DNA of 64,000 nucleotides from Candidatus Eiseniibacteriota bacterium (GTDB lineage Bacteria; Eisenbacteria; RBG-16-71-46): NCBI GenBank assembly GCA_963744995.1, contig CAVUWA010000011.1, positions 320,001 to 384,000 of the forward strand, read 5' to 3'. Shown piece by piece: positions 39,901 to 48,189 of this stretch (position 1 is its first letter; each line of letters starts with the position of its first letter). The notes under the pieces were generated by a model. It saw only the letters and a program-made list of their open reading frames with translations, ran no database searches and was not told where the DNA came from. The position numbers and the translations under genes were made by a program.

Positions 39901-40537
39901 CGACGCCGTTGATCGGGTTCTCCGGGCGCTGCCTGCGCAGCGTGTCGAGGAACGCCAGCCAGTCGCCGCTGTCGTCGAACGCGGCGGTCGCCAGGGTGCG
40001 ACCCGCCATGTCGAGCAGCACGGCCTCCTGCGCGAGCCACCACGAGAAGCTGCGCGTGCCGCCCACGCCGCGCACGGCGCGGGCGTCGCCGCTCGCCTCG
40101 CGCAGCGGGAACTCGAGCCCCGAGCGCTTGATGAGTTCGCTCTTCCCGGCGCCCGCGGGGCCGATGACCATGTACCAGGGCAGCTTCGCCAGCGCGTCGC
40201 TGCCGGTCTTCTTCGTCGAGGACTTGAGCTGCGCGATCGCGCTCAGCAGGTCGTCCTTGAGGCCCTGCACCTCGGCCAGCGTGCCGGGCGTCGAGCGTTC
40301 GATGTCGGCGTCGGCCTGCGTGGTGATCGTGTTCTCGATCGCCTCGGCCGCCGCGGCCTGACGCAGCTGGCGGATCAGCAGCGCGATCGCGATCACCAGC
40401 GCGAGGATCACCAGGATCAGGAACACGAACAGCAGCGACAGTCCCAGCGAGCGGCGGAAGATCAGCAGCAGCGCGCCGATCGCAGCGAACGCCCCGGCGA
40501 ACGGCGCCCAGGGCGCCTTGTCCATGAGCCCGCTCAT
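36959..40537 (-). CDS. tssM: T6SS membrane complex TssM (IcmF)
   Basis: LPWYMVIGPAGAGKS, LLDMAG, PINGVVV, FPVYVMFT, FRGFYFS, VPGAFT, HYPF and GPWGLFRL motifs. Confidence 0.95.
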   Translation of the reverse strand: MSGLMDKAPWAPFAGAFAAIGALLLIFRRSLGLSLLFVFLILVILALVIAIALLIRQLRQAAAAEAIENTITTQADADIERSTPGTLAEVQGLKDDLLSAIAQLKSSTKKTGSDALAKLPWYMVIGPAGAGKSELIKRSGLEFPLREASGDARAVRGVGGTRSFSWWLAQEAVLLDMAGRTLATAAFDDSGDWLAFLDTLRRQRPENPINGVVVAVALDQLADHPEARIDSIARGARERIEELIEHLGVVFPVYVMFTRVDRVAGFAEYFESLDATARRAPWGATLPMKRARTQSAEALFDEEFGLLLGSLAQRRIPRMNAAGTPSERARAFAFPLQFERVRGNLRRFLRVLFEPQAEAEPPLFRGFYFSAAAQDGEITDRVLQPAVRSLGLSVRPPEAPPAARGGAWFVRDFFTDVLFPDAALATASRGAQGRLKRGEQIMVGAYGLALLLLTLLFSGLSCANHGVVNHAKRAAVEVANRVTDETALIDNLRTLDDLSAAADEVDRIDRSVPLPRALGAWAGGAVRDPAVTLWMRRMAQYVLQPAAQRMEDSLRARVAGEPGTFLGDFYRFRAWRLLTRPGDMDVEDADVLAREVKRALADRLELGGADAAGRRAYPELVLRQMQFLARHPRDFAAIVRDYIHEQDRTLVAQMAPIVRDEWQPAAFYAEMIDDASRRLEPLTLEKIAGQTTLMHDAVTVPGAFTSSGWTDQIQPRTAWYGRMLARDAVMADAFGGHPPNLARQLQALYARDVTDHWVEFLDAVDYGAPGSMDLVADQLAQLAKGDSPLFRLLHGARDQTQALAIAGTPLERIGTDFRILREFFEAPGSLGERTKSWLGEIARKLPGRGNTPSTLRESLDAQYLEMLAAAQQDIAKLGPAAPLQKLVDLLRPPPDQTNGVFELVTWCDGLGENYADSPAGPTVARLLRAPVDAARRAVRERGLGPRVAAAWQAQVLQRFQNDLAGHYPFDPGGPDASYDAFAACFSGEGYFWKFFDQFLAPFMNEDGTPKGGDAPPVSPAMVDFVAKAHAIRQAFFAAGPTPALSFTVSASPPPHDPGVVVRWVAFDCGGASRTYTMGPPRDESLAWPGPDPGAGAALRAQAAPPDDPKKKRRKGEPTTIAVTPVSASGPWGLFRLLDQASSVTTSAGRASATWTLTAANAARIRMTWDLKTTATQSPFARGFLEVVPPETP

Positions 40538-41352
40538 CGCATCAGCCTCGAGATCGTGTGCGCGGCGCCGCCGGCACCGAGCCGCGCGATCAGCCAGATG
40601 ACCAGCCACACGATGAACACCGCCGGCACGAAGATCGCGGGCGGCAGCCACCACGCCATGCCGCGGCGCTCCTCGGCGACGCGCTCGTTGCTGCGTCCGG
40701 CGTGCGGGGCGAGCGGCGCCAGGACGCTGCCGCGCGCGGCGGCGATGTCGGCCTGCACGTCCTCGATCAGGGCGGGCAGCTTCTCGGGGGTGAGCTGGTA
40801 GCGCCCGGTGAAGCCGAAGCCCAGGCAGCAGCCGTAGACCTCGAGCGCCTCGACGCGCGCCTCGCGGTCGTGCCGCAGGCGTTCGAGCCGCTCGAAGAAC
40901 TCTTCCCCTGCGAGCTGGCGGCCGTAGAGCTCGAGCTGCAGGGGGCGCGCGATCCAGGCGTCGCGGGCCGGCCCCTTCTGGCTGAGGACCGTCTGATCGA
41001 GCAGCGCGACCATGGCGAAGACCGCGTCCTCGACGTCGGCGGCGGTGAAGCCGTGTCCGCCGGCGTCGCGCTCGAAACGGCTCTTCAGCTCGAGGGCGCG
41101 GGCGCGCAGGGCGTTCGCGTCGGGGAGCTCGGCGGCCTGGCCGATCGCCAGTGCGGTGGAGAGCCAGTCGGAGGCCAGATCCACGAGGCGCGGCTTCGTC
41201 GACACCGGCGCCGCGGCGCGCGCGGCGCTCTGACCGCGGCGGCGCGTGGAGGACTCGATGACGACGGTCTCGAGCGCGTCGCCACCGCGCTCACGGGCTG
41301 CAGGCCGCGAAGGGCCGCCGCGTCGTCTCGAGGGTCCCTTCGAGCCGAACAT
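40534..41352 (-). CDS. tssL: T6SS TssL (DotU), no OmpA domain
   Basis: LDQTVL...W...PLQL...AGEEFF, LEVY...LGFTGRY and a C-terminal TM. Confidence 0.92.
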   Translation of the reverse strand: MFGSKGPSRRRGGPSRPAARERGGDALETVVIESSTRRRGQSAARAAAPVSTKPRLVDLASDWLSTALAIGQAAELPDANALRARALELKSRFERDAGGHGFTAADVEDAVFAMVALLDQTVLSQKGPARDAWIARPLQLELYGRQLAGEEFFERLERLRHDREARVEALEVYGCCLGFGFTGRYQLTPEKLPALIEDVQADIAAARGSVLAPLAPHAGRSNERVAEERRGMAWWLPPAIFVPAVFIVWLVIWLIARLGAGGAAHTISRLMR

Positions 41353-41356
41353 GCCG

Positions 41357-42709
41357 TCAGTCCTTGAGCCCCAGCATCTCCAGGCTCACGTTCGGCACGT
41401 CGGGCGGCACGTAGATCGCCACGTTCTTCGCGGCCTTGACCGTCTCCCACGCGTCGCCCTGCGGATCGAGCTGGAAGTACAGATAGCTGTTCTTCACCGG
41501 CAGCGAAGCCGGCGGCACGCGCTGGTAGATCAGCGGCACGCCGCGCAGCGCGTTGGCGATCAGGAAGTCGATCTTGTCGAGCGAAGCGATCTTGATCTTG
41601 CCGGGCAGTTCGGCGGCGAGGCGCTGCTCTTCCTGGTCCGCGCGCACGCCGAGGAACAGGCCGACCCCGGGCCCGACCATGCGGTCGTCCGTGATCCGCC
41701 CCGACCACATGCCCGCCCCCTTGTTCTCGAGCACGATGCGCGAGGCCTTGTCCACCGGCTGGATGTCGAGCAGGTCGCGCAGGACGTCGCCCATCTTCGC
41801 GAACGTCGCCGACAGGTTGCGGTGATCGTAAGCCGGCAGGTCGCGCGGGTGGATCTTGTCGGAGAACGCCGACAGCTGGCCGGCGAGCGAGGCCAGCTCG
41901 AGGTACACCGCTTCCGGGTGCGCGCCGCGGTGCAGCAGCGCGTGGGTCAGCGCGGGGATCCGTTCGTTCACCGTGTAGAGCAGCATCGCGTTCGCGGTGT
42001 CCTGCGCGCTGAAATCGGCGATGCCGCCCCGCTGGCGACGCTGGTCGCCGAGCGTCGTGCTGCGGCCGATCAACATCTCGTGGATCGAGCGCAGCTGGCG
42101 CATGAGCGCTTCGCTCGCGCCGACCGCGATCACCGGCGGCACGTACGCCTCGCGCAGCGCGAACGCCCCCTCCGGCGTGCGCTGGACCTCGGCGAACGGC
42201 AGCGCGTCGTGGTCGCCGATCGCGTCGTCGGGGAACAGCACCTGGAAGTGGCGGCGCTGGACGTCGACCGGGCGCGCGTTCTGCGCCGTGTTGTCGTCGG
42301 CGACCTCGAGCGACTCGGCCGCATAGCGCGGGCCCGCCGCGCCGGGGCTCACCGCGTCGCCGAGCTGCGGCCGCGCCGCGCCGGGAGCCGTGACGCCCAG
42401 GTACAGCGTGAGCGCGTCGTCCTTCGCCTGGAAGTGGCCCTCGATCGAGCGCTGCGGCGGCACCGGATCGTCGTCCGGCAGCGCGAACGGGGTCCCGTCG
42501 GGCAGCACGCCCGCGGCCGCGGAGAGCACGATGCGGCCGTTCTTCACCGCTTCGGCGTCCACGGTCAGCGCCGCGAGGCCCCAGTCGAAGCCGTGCGCCA
42601 TGCGGAAACGCTGCGCCACGAGGTGGCGGATGGCGCGATCGTTCTGCTGGAAGTGCTGGGGCGTGAGCAGCAGCCCTTCGCTCCACACGACCGGACGACG
42701 CTCGCTCAT
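41357..42709 (-). CDS. tssK: T6SS baseplate TssK
   Basis: VVWSEGLLLTPQHFQQ, PDGT, YVPP, HPE, YDH and YFQLD motifs. Confidence 0.95.
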   Translation of the reverse strand: MSERRPVVWSEGLLLTPQHFQQNDRAIRHLVAQRFRMAHGFDWGLAALTVDAEAVKNGRIVLSAAAGVLPDGTPFALPDDDPVPPQRSIEGHFQAKDDALTLYLGVTAPGAARPQLGDAVSPGAAGPRYAAESLEVADDNTAQNARPVDVQRRHFQVLFPDDAIGDHDALPFAEVQRTPEGAFALREAYVPPVIAVGASEALMRQLRSIHEMLIGRSTTLGDQRRQRGGIADFSAQDTANAMLLYTVNERIPALTHALLHRGAHPEAVYLELASLAGQLSAFSDKIHPRDLPAYDHRNLSATFAKMGDVLRDLLDIQPVDKASRIVLENKGAGMWSGRITDDRMVGPGVGLFLGVRADQEEQRLAAELPGKIKIASLDKIDFLIANALRGVPLIYQRVPPASLPVKNSYLYFQLDPQGDAWETVKAAKNVAIYVPPDVPNVSLEMLGLKD

Positions 42710-42728
42710 GCAGTTCTCCTCGCCGGGG

Positions 42729-43205
42729 TCAGTTCGCGGCGCTCAGGCAGTCCGCGTTCGCGACGAGCTTCACGCGCGAGCCCTGTGCGAGCGGCTGCGC
42801 GAAGTACCAGCACTGGTCCCTCGACTGGCAGAAGTTGCCGACGACGATCACCGCCGTCGCGCCCGGCTTCTTCTCGAGCGCCACCGTGACCGAGCGGCCC
42901 GGATCCACGAACGCCTCGCGGCGGTCGAGCAGCGCGGGGCCGAGGAGACTCTCCTCCTTGTCCCACAGCTGGGTGAGCGTCATTCCGGTGATCGCCGACG
43001 CGTCGGTGACCTGGAGCACCCGGAACGTGAGCGGATAGCCCGAATCGCGCCCGCAGCTGTTGCAGTCGCGCGCGGCGGAGACCGTGACTTTCGGCGCGCC
43101 GCCGCCGAGGCCGACCTTGGCGCACGAAGGCGCCAGGATCAGCGCGCAGAGCGAGACCAGCGCGGTCGCGCCAAAATGTTTTGCCGCTTGCGGATGAATG
43201 GACAC
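42729..43205 (-). CDS. tssJ: T6SS lipoprotein TssJ
   Basis: Lipoprotein signal (ILAPSC), YPLTFRVLQV, immediately upstream of tssK. Confidence 0.75.
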   Translation of the reverse strand: MSIHPQAAKHFGATALVSLCALILAPSCAKVGLGGGAPKVTVSAARDCNSCGRDSGYPLTFRVLQVTDASAITGMTLTQLWDKEESLLGPALLDRREAFVDPGRSVTVALEKKPGATAVIVVGNFCQSRDQCWYFAQPLAQGSRVKLVANADCLSAAN

Positions 43206-43213
43206 GGCTGGGG

Positions 43214-43242
43214 ACGGTAGGGCGGCGGCGGGCTTGCGTCAA
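43214..43242 (-). promoter_or_regulatory. Putative sigma70 promoter of tssJKLM (leaderless-like)
   Basis: TTGACG-17bp-TACCGT ending 8 nt before the GTG start. No Shine-Dalgarno. Confidence 0.55.
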
Positions 43243-43281
43243 GCCTCGGCGCACGCCGGGCGCGGGCGGAAGCCGTGAAAG

Positions 43282-43309
43282 CGGGGCGCCCCGTGGGAGG
43301 GGCGCCCCG
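43282..43309 (-). terminator. Probable intrinsic terminator of the kinase operon
   Basis: 11-bp stem CGGGGCGCCCC/GGGGCGCCCCG, followed by CTTT on the minus strand. Confidence 0.6.
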
Positions 43310-43333
43310 GACGACGGCGACGGTTCCGTCCCG

Positions 43334-43702
43334 CTACCGCGGCGCGCCGCGCGCGATCCAGTCGAGGATGATCTCGGGCTCGCCGGGCTTCAGGTAGCCG
43401 CGCATGGTACCGCCCACGCCGATCTTGGACTGGATCAGGTTGGTGTCGGCGACCACGATCGAGTAGTCGGTGAGATCCACCCGCGGCGCCGAGCTGCTGT
43501 TGTGGCAGCCCATGCAGCCGTACGTGGTGGTGCCCTCCGAGCGGTCGCGCATGAGGCCGAAGATCGTGTTGTTCCAGCCGACCTGGCCGGCGATCGCCGG
43601 GTTCACCGCGTAGTCTTTGCGGCTGCAGCCGGTCACGAACGCGATGAACAGCAGCGCGCCCGCGAGGAGCAGCAGCCGGAACGGACGATAAGGATGGATC
43701 AT
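43334..43702 (-). CDS. Small lipoprotein with one c-type haem motif
   Basis: Lipobox FVTGC, CMGCH, distal Met (GGTM), ILDWIARGAP ending. Confidence 0.75.
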   Translation of the reverse strand: MIHPYRPFRLLLLAGALLFIAFVTGCSRKDYAVNPAIAGQVGWNNTIFGLMRDRSEGTTTYGCMGCHNSSSAPRVDLTDYSIVVADTNLIQSKIGVGGTMRGYLKPGEPEIILDWIARGAPR

Positions 43703-43715
43703 CGTGCCCTCCCGA

Positions 43716-44765
43716 TCAGTAGCCGATATAGGCGCGAACGCCGACGTGCGCCGTGATGCCCGAGAAGTCGACCGCGCGGCCGCCGAGCTTCGAGTCGGAG
43801 AAACCCTCGTAGACCTCGAAGTCCGGACGCGCCCAGTCGAGGTCGCCGGAGTTGGCGTAGCGCGCGAGCACGTTGCCGGTGATCGCGAAGCGCGGCGAGG
43901 TGAGCCACTCGCCCTCGAGCCCGCCCTGGAAGTACGGCCCGGTCGCGGTGCCGACGATCTGCACCGGGATCAGTCGGCCGAAGTGGTCGTGCAGGAACTC
44001 CACCGTGGCCTCGGACTGCATGAAGCCGGCGCCGCCAACGACGTTCACGCGCCAGTTGCGCTGCTGCAGCCAGTTCCACACCAGGCTCGCGACGAGCTGC
44101 GTGCCGGTGGCCTTGTAGGTGGCGTGATCGTTGATCGCCGGGTCGAGCTTGTCGGAGGTCGTGGCGCGCACGCGCAGGACGCCGAAATCGACCGAGTAGC
44201 GCGGGTTCAGGGGAAAGCGCACCGAGTAGCCGAACTCGGGGCTCGTCTCGAAGTCGTCGGCCTGCGGAACGCCGGCCGCGGAGGCGAGGTCCACGAGGTC
44301 CTGATTGACGCCCTGACCACGGCCGTACACGAAGCCGATGCTCGCGGGCACGCGGCGGCCGGCTTCGACCTGCTCCGCCTGGAACTCCTTGAGCGCGGCC
44401 TCGAACACGTTCATCTCGTCCGGCGGAACGCGCACGGGATCCGGCCGGTAGAGCGGGTCGGAACGCAGCACGCTCTTGAACGCTTCCTTCGCCTCGAGCC
44501 GGCGCCCGGCCTTGACCAGCGCGCGGGCGCGCAGCTCGCGCGCGCGGTTCAGGTCGTCGCCGCCCACGCGGCCGGTGCGGATCGCCTCGGCCAGCATGTC
44601 GGCGGCTTCCTGGAACTGCGACTGGTCGTAGAGCGCCGTGGCCTGGTCGAGCACGGAGCCCGAGGCCGCGGCCGCGTCGCCCTGCTGCGCGAGCGCCGGC
44701 CGCGCGGCCAGCGGCGCCGCGAGCAGCAGAGCGGTCAGAAGGAATACGAAACGGCGAGCGTTCAT
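43716..44765 (-). CDS. Exported TPR module + outer-membrane beta-barrel
   Basis: Signal peptide, TPR helices, amphipathic strands and a terminal aromatic residue (GVRAYIGY). Confidence 0.75.
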   Translation of the reverse strand: MNARRFVFLLTALLLAAPLAARPALAQQGDAAAASGSVLDQATALYDQSQFQEAADMLAEAIRTGRVGGDDLNRARELRARALVKAGRRLEAKEAFKSVLRSDPLYRPDPVRVPPDEMNVFEAALKEFQAEQVEAGRRVPASIGFVYGRGQGVNQDLVDLASAAGVPQADDFETSPEFGYSVRFPLNPRYSVDFGVLRVRATTSDKLDPAINDHATYKATGTQLVASLVWNWLQQRNWRVNVVGGAGFMQSEATVEFLHDHFGRLIPVQIVGTATGPYFQGGLEGEWLTSPRFAITGNVLARYANSGDLDWARPDFEVYEGFSDSKLGGRAVDFSGITAHVGVRAYIGY

Positions 44766-44844
44766 TTGGATCTCCCCTCGAGGTGTGGTGCGCCGGCCGC
44801 AATGGAGCAGCCGGTGACGGTCGGCCCGCAGGGGCGGGCCCGGA

Positions 44845-47190
44845 TCACTTCTTCTTCAGGCGGAATTTCAGCTGGAGCTTGTCGCGGATCTTCACGTCCA
44901 CGCGCTGGGCGCCACCTTCGACGATGTAGCCTTCGCGCACCACGGTGATGTCGTGCCGCCCGGGCGGCACGGGCGAGATCGTCCAGGGCGTCGTATGCCC
45001 GATGCGCACGCCGTCCATGTAGATGTCGCCCCAGGTGGGCTCCGAGGTCACGAAGATGGAGCCGGCGAGGGTGGTGAAGTCGTTCTCCAGCGTGCGGGTC
45101 TCGCCCGCGGCGACGGTGATGGTCCACTCGCGCTGACCGAGCGAGGGGTGCTTGACGAGAATCGTGTGCGGGCCGGGCTTGACGGTCGTCCGGAACTGCG
45201 CCTTGTTGCCGTCGAGCTTCTGGCCGTCCACGTAGAAGTCGGCGTACGGCGAGACCTTGACGACGATCGTCCCGGTCGTGGCGCCGGGCGCCGGTTTCGG
45301 CGCCTCGGTCGGCGCGGGCGGCTCGACCGGCGGCGTCGCCGGCGCCGCCGCGACCTTGTCCAGCGCCGCCTTCGCGGCGTCGTACGCGGTGCGCTCGGCG
45401 GAATCGAACGAAGGATCCGGCGTGTAGGACGGGTAGCGCTTCATGAGGTCGAGGAACGCGCTCTGCGCCTCCTTGGCGTGGTTCTGTCCGGCGAGCGAAC
45501 GCGCGACGATTTCGAGCGCGAGGCGGCGCTGGCGCCCGGGCAGCGATCCGGCCATCAGCGCGCGCGCCGTCTTCAGCGCCTCGGCGTAGCGGCCCTCGTC
45601 GAGCGCGCGGCGGGCATCGTCGATCGTCGGCTTCGCCCCGGCCTGGGTGGCGGGCGGCGCCGGGACCGCGGGGCTGGACGCAGCGATGGAGTCCGGCGTC
45701 GCGGCCGCAACCTGCGCGCTGTCCGGCGCGGGCGGCGCGACGGGCGTGGCGGCGTCCTGCCGCTCCGCCTGCGAATCGGCTGCGGGGCCGCGCGTCATCG
45801 CGATGCCGATCGCGACGGCGACGACCAGCAGCACCGCGCCCGCCCCCGCGAGCACCGGCACCGGCAGGCCCTTCTTCGTGCCGCCGCCCGGCGCGGGGGG
45901 CGGCGCCGGCGCCGCGGGCTTCCGCGGCGGCTCGGCCGCCTCGAGCGGCGGCGCCTTTGCGGCGGGGGGCGCCGCCGCGGGCGGCGCTTCCGCGGCCTGC
46001 GGCGGCAGCGAAGGCGGCCCGCCGACCACGGTCGCCTGGGTATCGGGCGGGGGCGTGGCGGGCGGCGCTTCGCCCGGGGCGAGGACCACGGTCGCGTTCG
46101 GGTCGGCGGCGCGCGCTTCCTTCACCAGCTGCTCGCGTTCGCGCTCCAGCTTCTGCACGTGGTCCTTCGCGACGGCGTTGCGCGGATCCAGGTACAGCAC
46201 GCGGCGGAACTCGCGCAGCGCGTCGTCGATCTTGCCGAGCCCCATGTTCTCGTAGTAGAGGCCCTGATCCAGATGCCGCGAGAGGTGCCGCTTGCGCCAC
46301 ATCGCCGCGACCGATTCGGGCTGCAGCGCGTACTCGCGCAGCAGGTCCTTGCCGCGGTGGAGGCCGAGGTGCTCGATCACGTCCTCGAAGTCGCCCAGCG
46401 CCTGCGTGATGGTCTGGGTGCGCTTGCCGACGTCCTTCTGCAGCATGCCGCGCACGATGCGCGCGACCTCGTCGGGCACCAGCGGGTTGAATTCGGTGAC
46501 TGCGGGGGGCTCGACCGTGAGGATCGAGCGCAGCACGGTCGAATAGGAATCGCCGGCGAACGGACGCTGCCCACCGAGCAGCTCGTAGGCGAGCACGCCC
46601 GTCGAGAAGATGTCGGAGCGCTCGTCCACGACTTCGCCCGTGGCCTGCTCGGGCGACATGTAGGCCGGCGTGCCCAGCACCGAGCCGACCATCGTCATCT
46701 GCGTCGAGGTCTCCGCGCCGCCGCGCGCGAGGCCGAAGTCCATGAGTTTGATCATGCCGTCGGGCGTGAGCATCACGTTCGCCGGCTTCACGTCGCGGTG
46801 CACGATGCGCTGCGCATGCGCGTGCTCGAGACCGCGGCAGATGTCGCGAATGATCAGCAGCGCCATCTCGAGCGGCGGCGTGCCGTGCGCGTCGAGCCAC
46901 TTGCGCAGGTCCATGCCTTCGACGAACTCCATCGCGATGTAGGCGACGTCGTCGTGGCGCCCCATGTCGATCACCTGGATGATGTTCGGGTGGCGCATCA
47001 TCGCGGCGGCGCGCGCCTCGCGCTCGAAGCGCTGGATGAGCTTCTCGTCGTCGGCGAGGTGGGAGTGCAGGATCTTCAGCACGACCGGGCGCTGCAGGGC
47101 CTTCTGCACGGCGAGGAACACCGACGCCATGCCGCCCATGCCGATCTTTTCCTTGATCTCGAAGCCGCCGAAATCCTTGTTCATCGCCAT
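44845..47190 (-). CDS. Membrane Ser/Thr kinase (PpkA-like role) with periplasmic TPR and PEGA domains
   Basis: IGMGGMASV, VLK, HRDVKPAN, DFG, GTPAYMSPEQ, a TM and two PEGA-like repeats. Confidence 0.93.
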   Translation of the reverse strand: MAMNKDFGGFEIKEKIGMGGMASVFLAVQKALQRPVVLKILHSHLADDEKLIQRFEREARAAAMMRHPNIIQVIDMGRHDDVAYIAMEFVEGMDLRKWLDAHGTPPLEMALLIIRDICRGLEHAHAQRIVHRDVKPANVMLTPDGMIKLMDFGLARGGAETSTQMTMVGSVLGTPAYMSPEQATGEVVDERSDIFSTGVLAYELLGGQRPFAGDSYSTVLRSILTVEPPAVTEFNPLVPDEVARIVRGMLQKDVGKRTQTITQALGDFEDVIEHLGLHRGKDLLREYALQPESVAAMWRKRHLSRHLDQGLYYENMGLGKIDDALREFRRVLYLDPRNAVAKDHVQKLEREREQLVKEARAADPNATVVLAPGEAPPATPPPDTQATVVGGPPSLPPQAAEAPPAAAPPAAKAPPLEAAEPPRKPAAPAPPPAPGGGTKKGLPVPVLAGAGAVLLVVAVAIGIAMTRGPAADSQAERQDAATPVAPPAPDSAQVAAATPDSIAASSPAVPAPPATQAGAKPTIDDARRALDEGRYAEALKTARALMAGSLPGRQRRLALEIVARSLAGQNHAKEAQSAFLDLMKRYPSYTPDPSFDSAERTAYDAAKAALDKVAAAPATPPVEPPAPTEAPKPAPGATTGTIVVKVSPYADFYVDGQKLDGNKAQFRTTVKPGPHTILVKHPSLGQREWTITVAAGETRTLENDFTTLAGSIFVTSEPTWGDIYMDGVRIGHTTPWTISPVPPGRHDITVVREGYIVEGGAQRVDVKIRDKLQLKFRLKKK

Positions 47191-48173
47191 GTCGCGGCCT
47201 CCGCACGGCCTTCCGTGCGCGCCGGATCCGGCGCGGAGCGCATCATGCCGAACACCACCCAGGTGAGCCCCGTGAGCGCCAGGGCCAGCGCGATCAGCGC
47301 GATGATCAGCATGCGCAGCGCGCGCTGCCGGCCCCGGCTGGCCCGGGGCGGCGCCGCCCGCCGTGCCGCCGCGCGGCGCGCCGGCGCGGCCACCGGCGCC
47401 CAGCTGTCCGCCTGCGACCCTTCGAGCCGCGCGAGCACCGCGGTGATGTTGTCGGGGCCGCCGCGGTCGTTGGCGAGGCGGATCATCTCCTCGGCGGCGC
47501 GCTCCAGCGAGCCGTTCGCCGCGGCGCGCGCGAGCAGATCGTCCTCCACCGGGCCGTGCAGGCCGTCCGAGCACACGAGCAGCGTGTCGCCCGGGCGCAA
47601 CGGCTCACCGAGCGTGACCACGTCCACCTCCACCTCCGCGCCCACGCCCACGCTGCGCGTGACCACGTTGCGCCGCGAGTCGTGCTTGGCCTGTTCGGCG
47701 GTGAGCTCGTGGCGCGCGACGAGCTGCGCGACCAGCGAATGATCCTGAGTGAGCTGGGTGATCTCGCGGCCGCGTACCAGGTAGGCGCGCGAATCGCCGA
47801 CGTGCGCAACCGTGACTTCATCGCCCTTGATCGCGACCGCCGTGCAGGTGGTCCCCATGCCCTTCAGATCGGGGCGCGTCTCGACATGGGCCCAGATCTC
47901 GTCGTTCGCGCGGTGCACGGCTTCGGACAGCGCCTCGGCGGGGTCGTCCGAGCGGCTCTCGGTGAAGGACTTGAGGATCGCGTCCACCGCCATGCGGCTC
48001 GCGACCTCGCCGGCGGCCGTGCCGCCCATGCCGTCGCAGACCACCAGCAGACGATCGGCGGGATGCGTGCCGCCGGCCGCCGCGGCGGTCCACACCGCAT
48101 AACTGTCCTCGTTGCCCGATCGGCGCCGGCCCACGTCGCTCAGGGCGGCGGTCAGGATCCTGCTTGGGCTCAA
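47181..48173 (-). CDS. PP2C Ser/Thr phosphatase (PppA/Stp1-like) with a C-terminal TM
   Basis: SDVGRRRSGNED, CDGMGG, GTT, HVGDSRAY, CSDGL and GGPDNIT motifs. Confidence 0.95.
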   Translation of the reverse strand: MSPSRILTAALSDVGRRRSGNEDSYAVWTAAAAGGTHPADRLLVVCDGMGGTAAGEVASRMAVDAILKSFTESRSDDPAEALSEAVHRANDEIWAHVETRPDLKGMGTTCTAVAIKGDEVTVAHVGDSRAYLVRGREITQLTQDHSLVAQLVARHELTAEQAKHDSRRNVVTRSVGVGAEVEVDVVTLGEPLRPGDTLLVCSDGLHGPVEDDLLARAAANGSLERAAEEMIRLANDRGGPDNITAVLARLEGSQADSWAPVAAPARRAAARRAAPPRASRGRQRALRMLIIALIALALALTGLTWVVFGMMRSAPDPARTEGRAEAATWR

Positions 48174-48189
48174 AGGGCGTCCTCTCCGC

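Noticed and set aside
34487..40801. 2104-aa plus-strand ORF, and the 1435-aa ORF at 35736-40043
   Set aside because: These are antisense or off-frame shadows of tssM and the DUF3857 gene. They are Arg/Ala-rich with no motifs, as expected in high-GC DNA.
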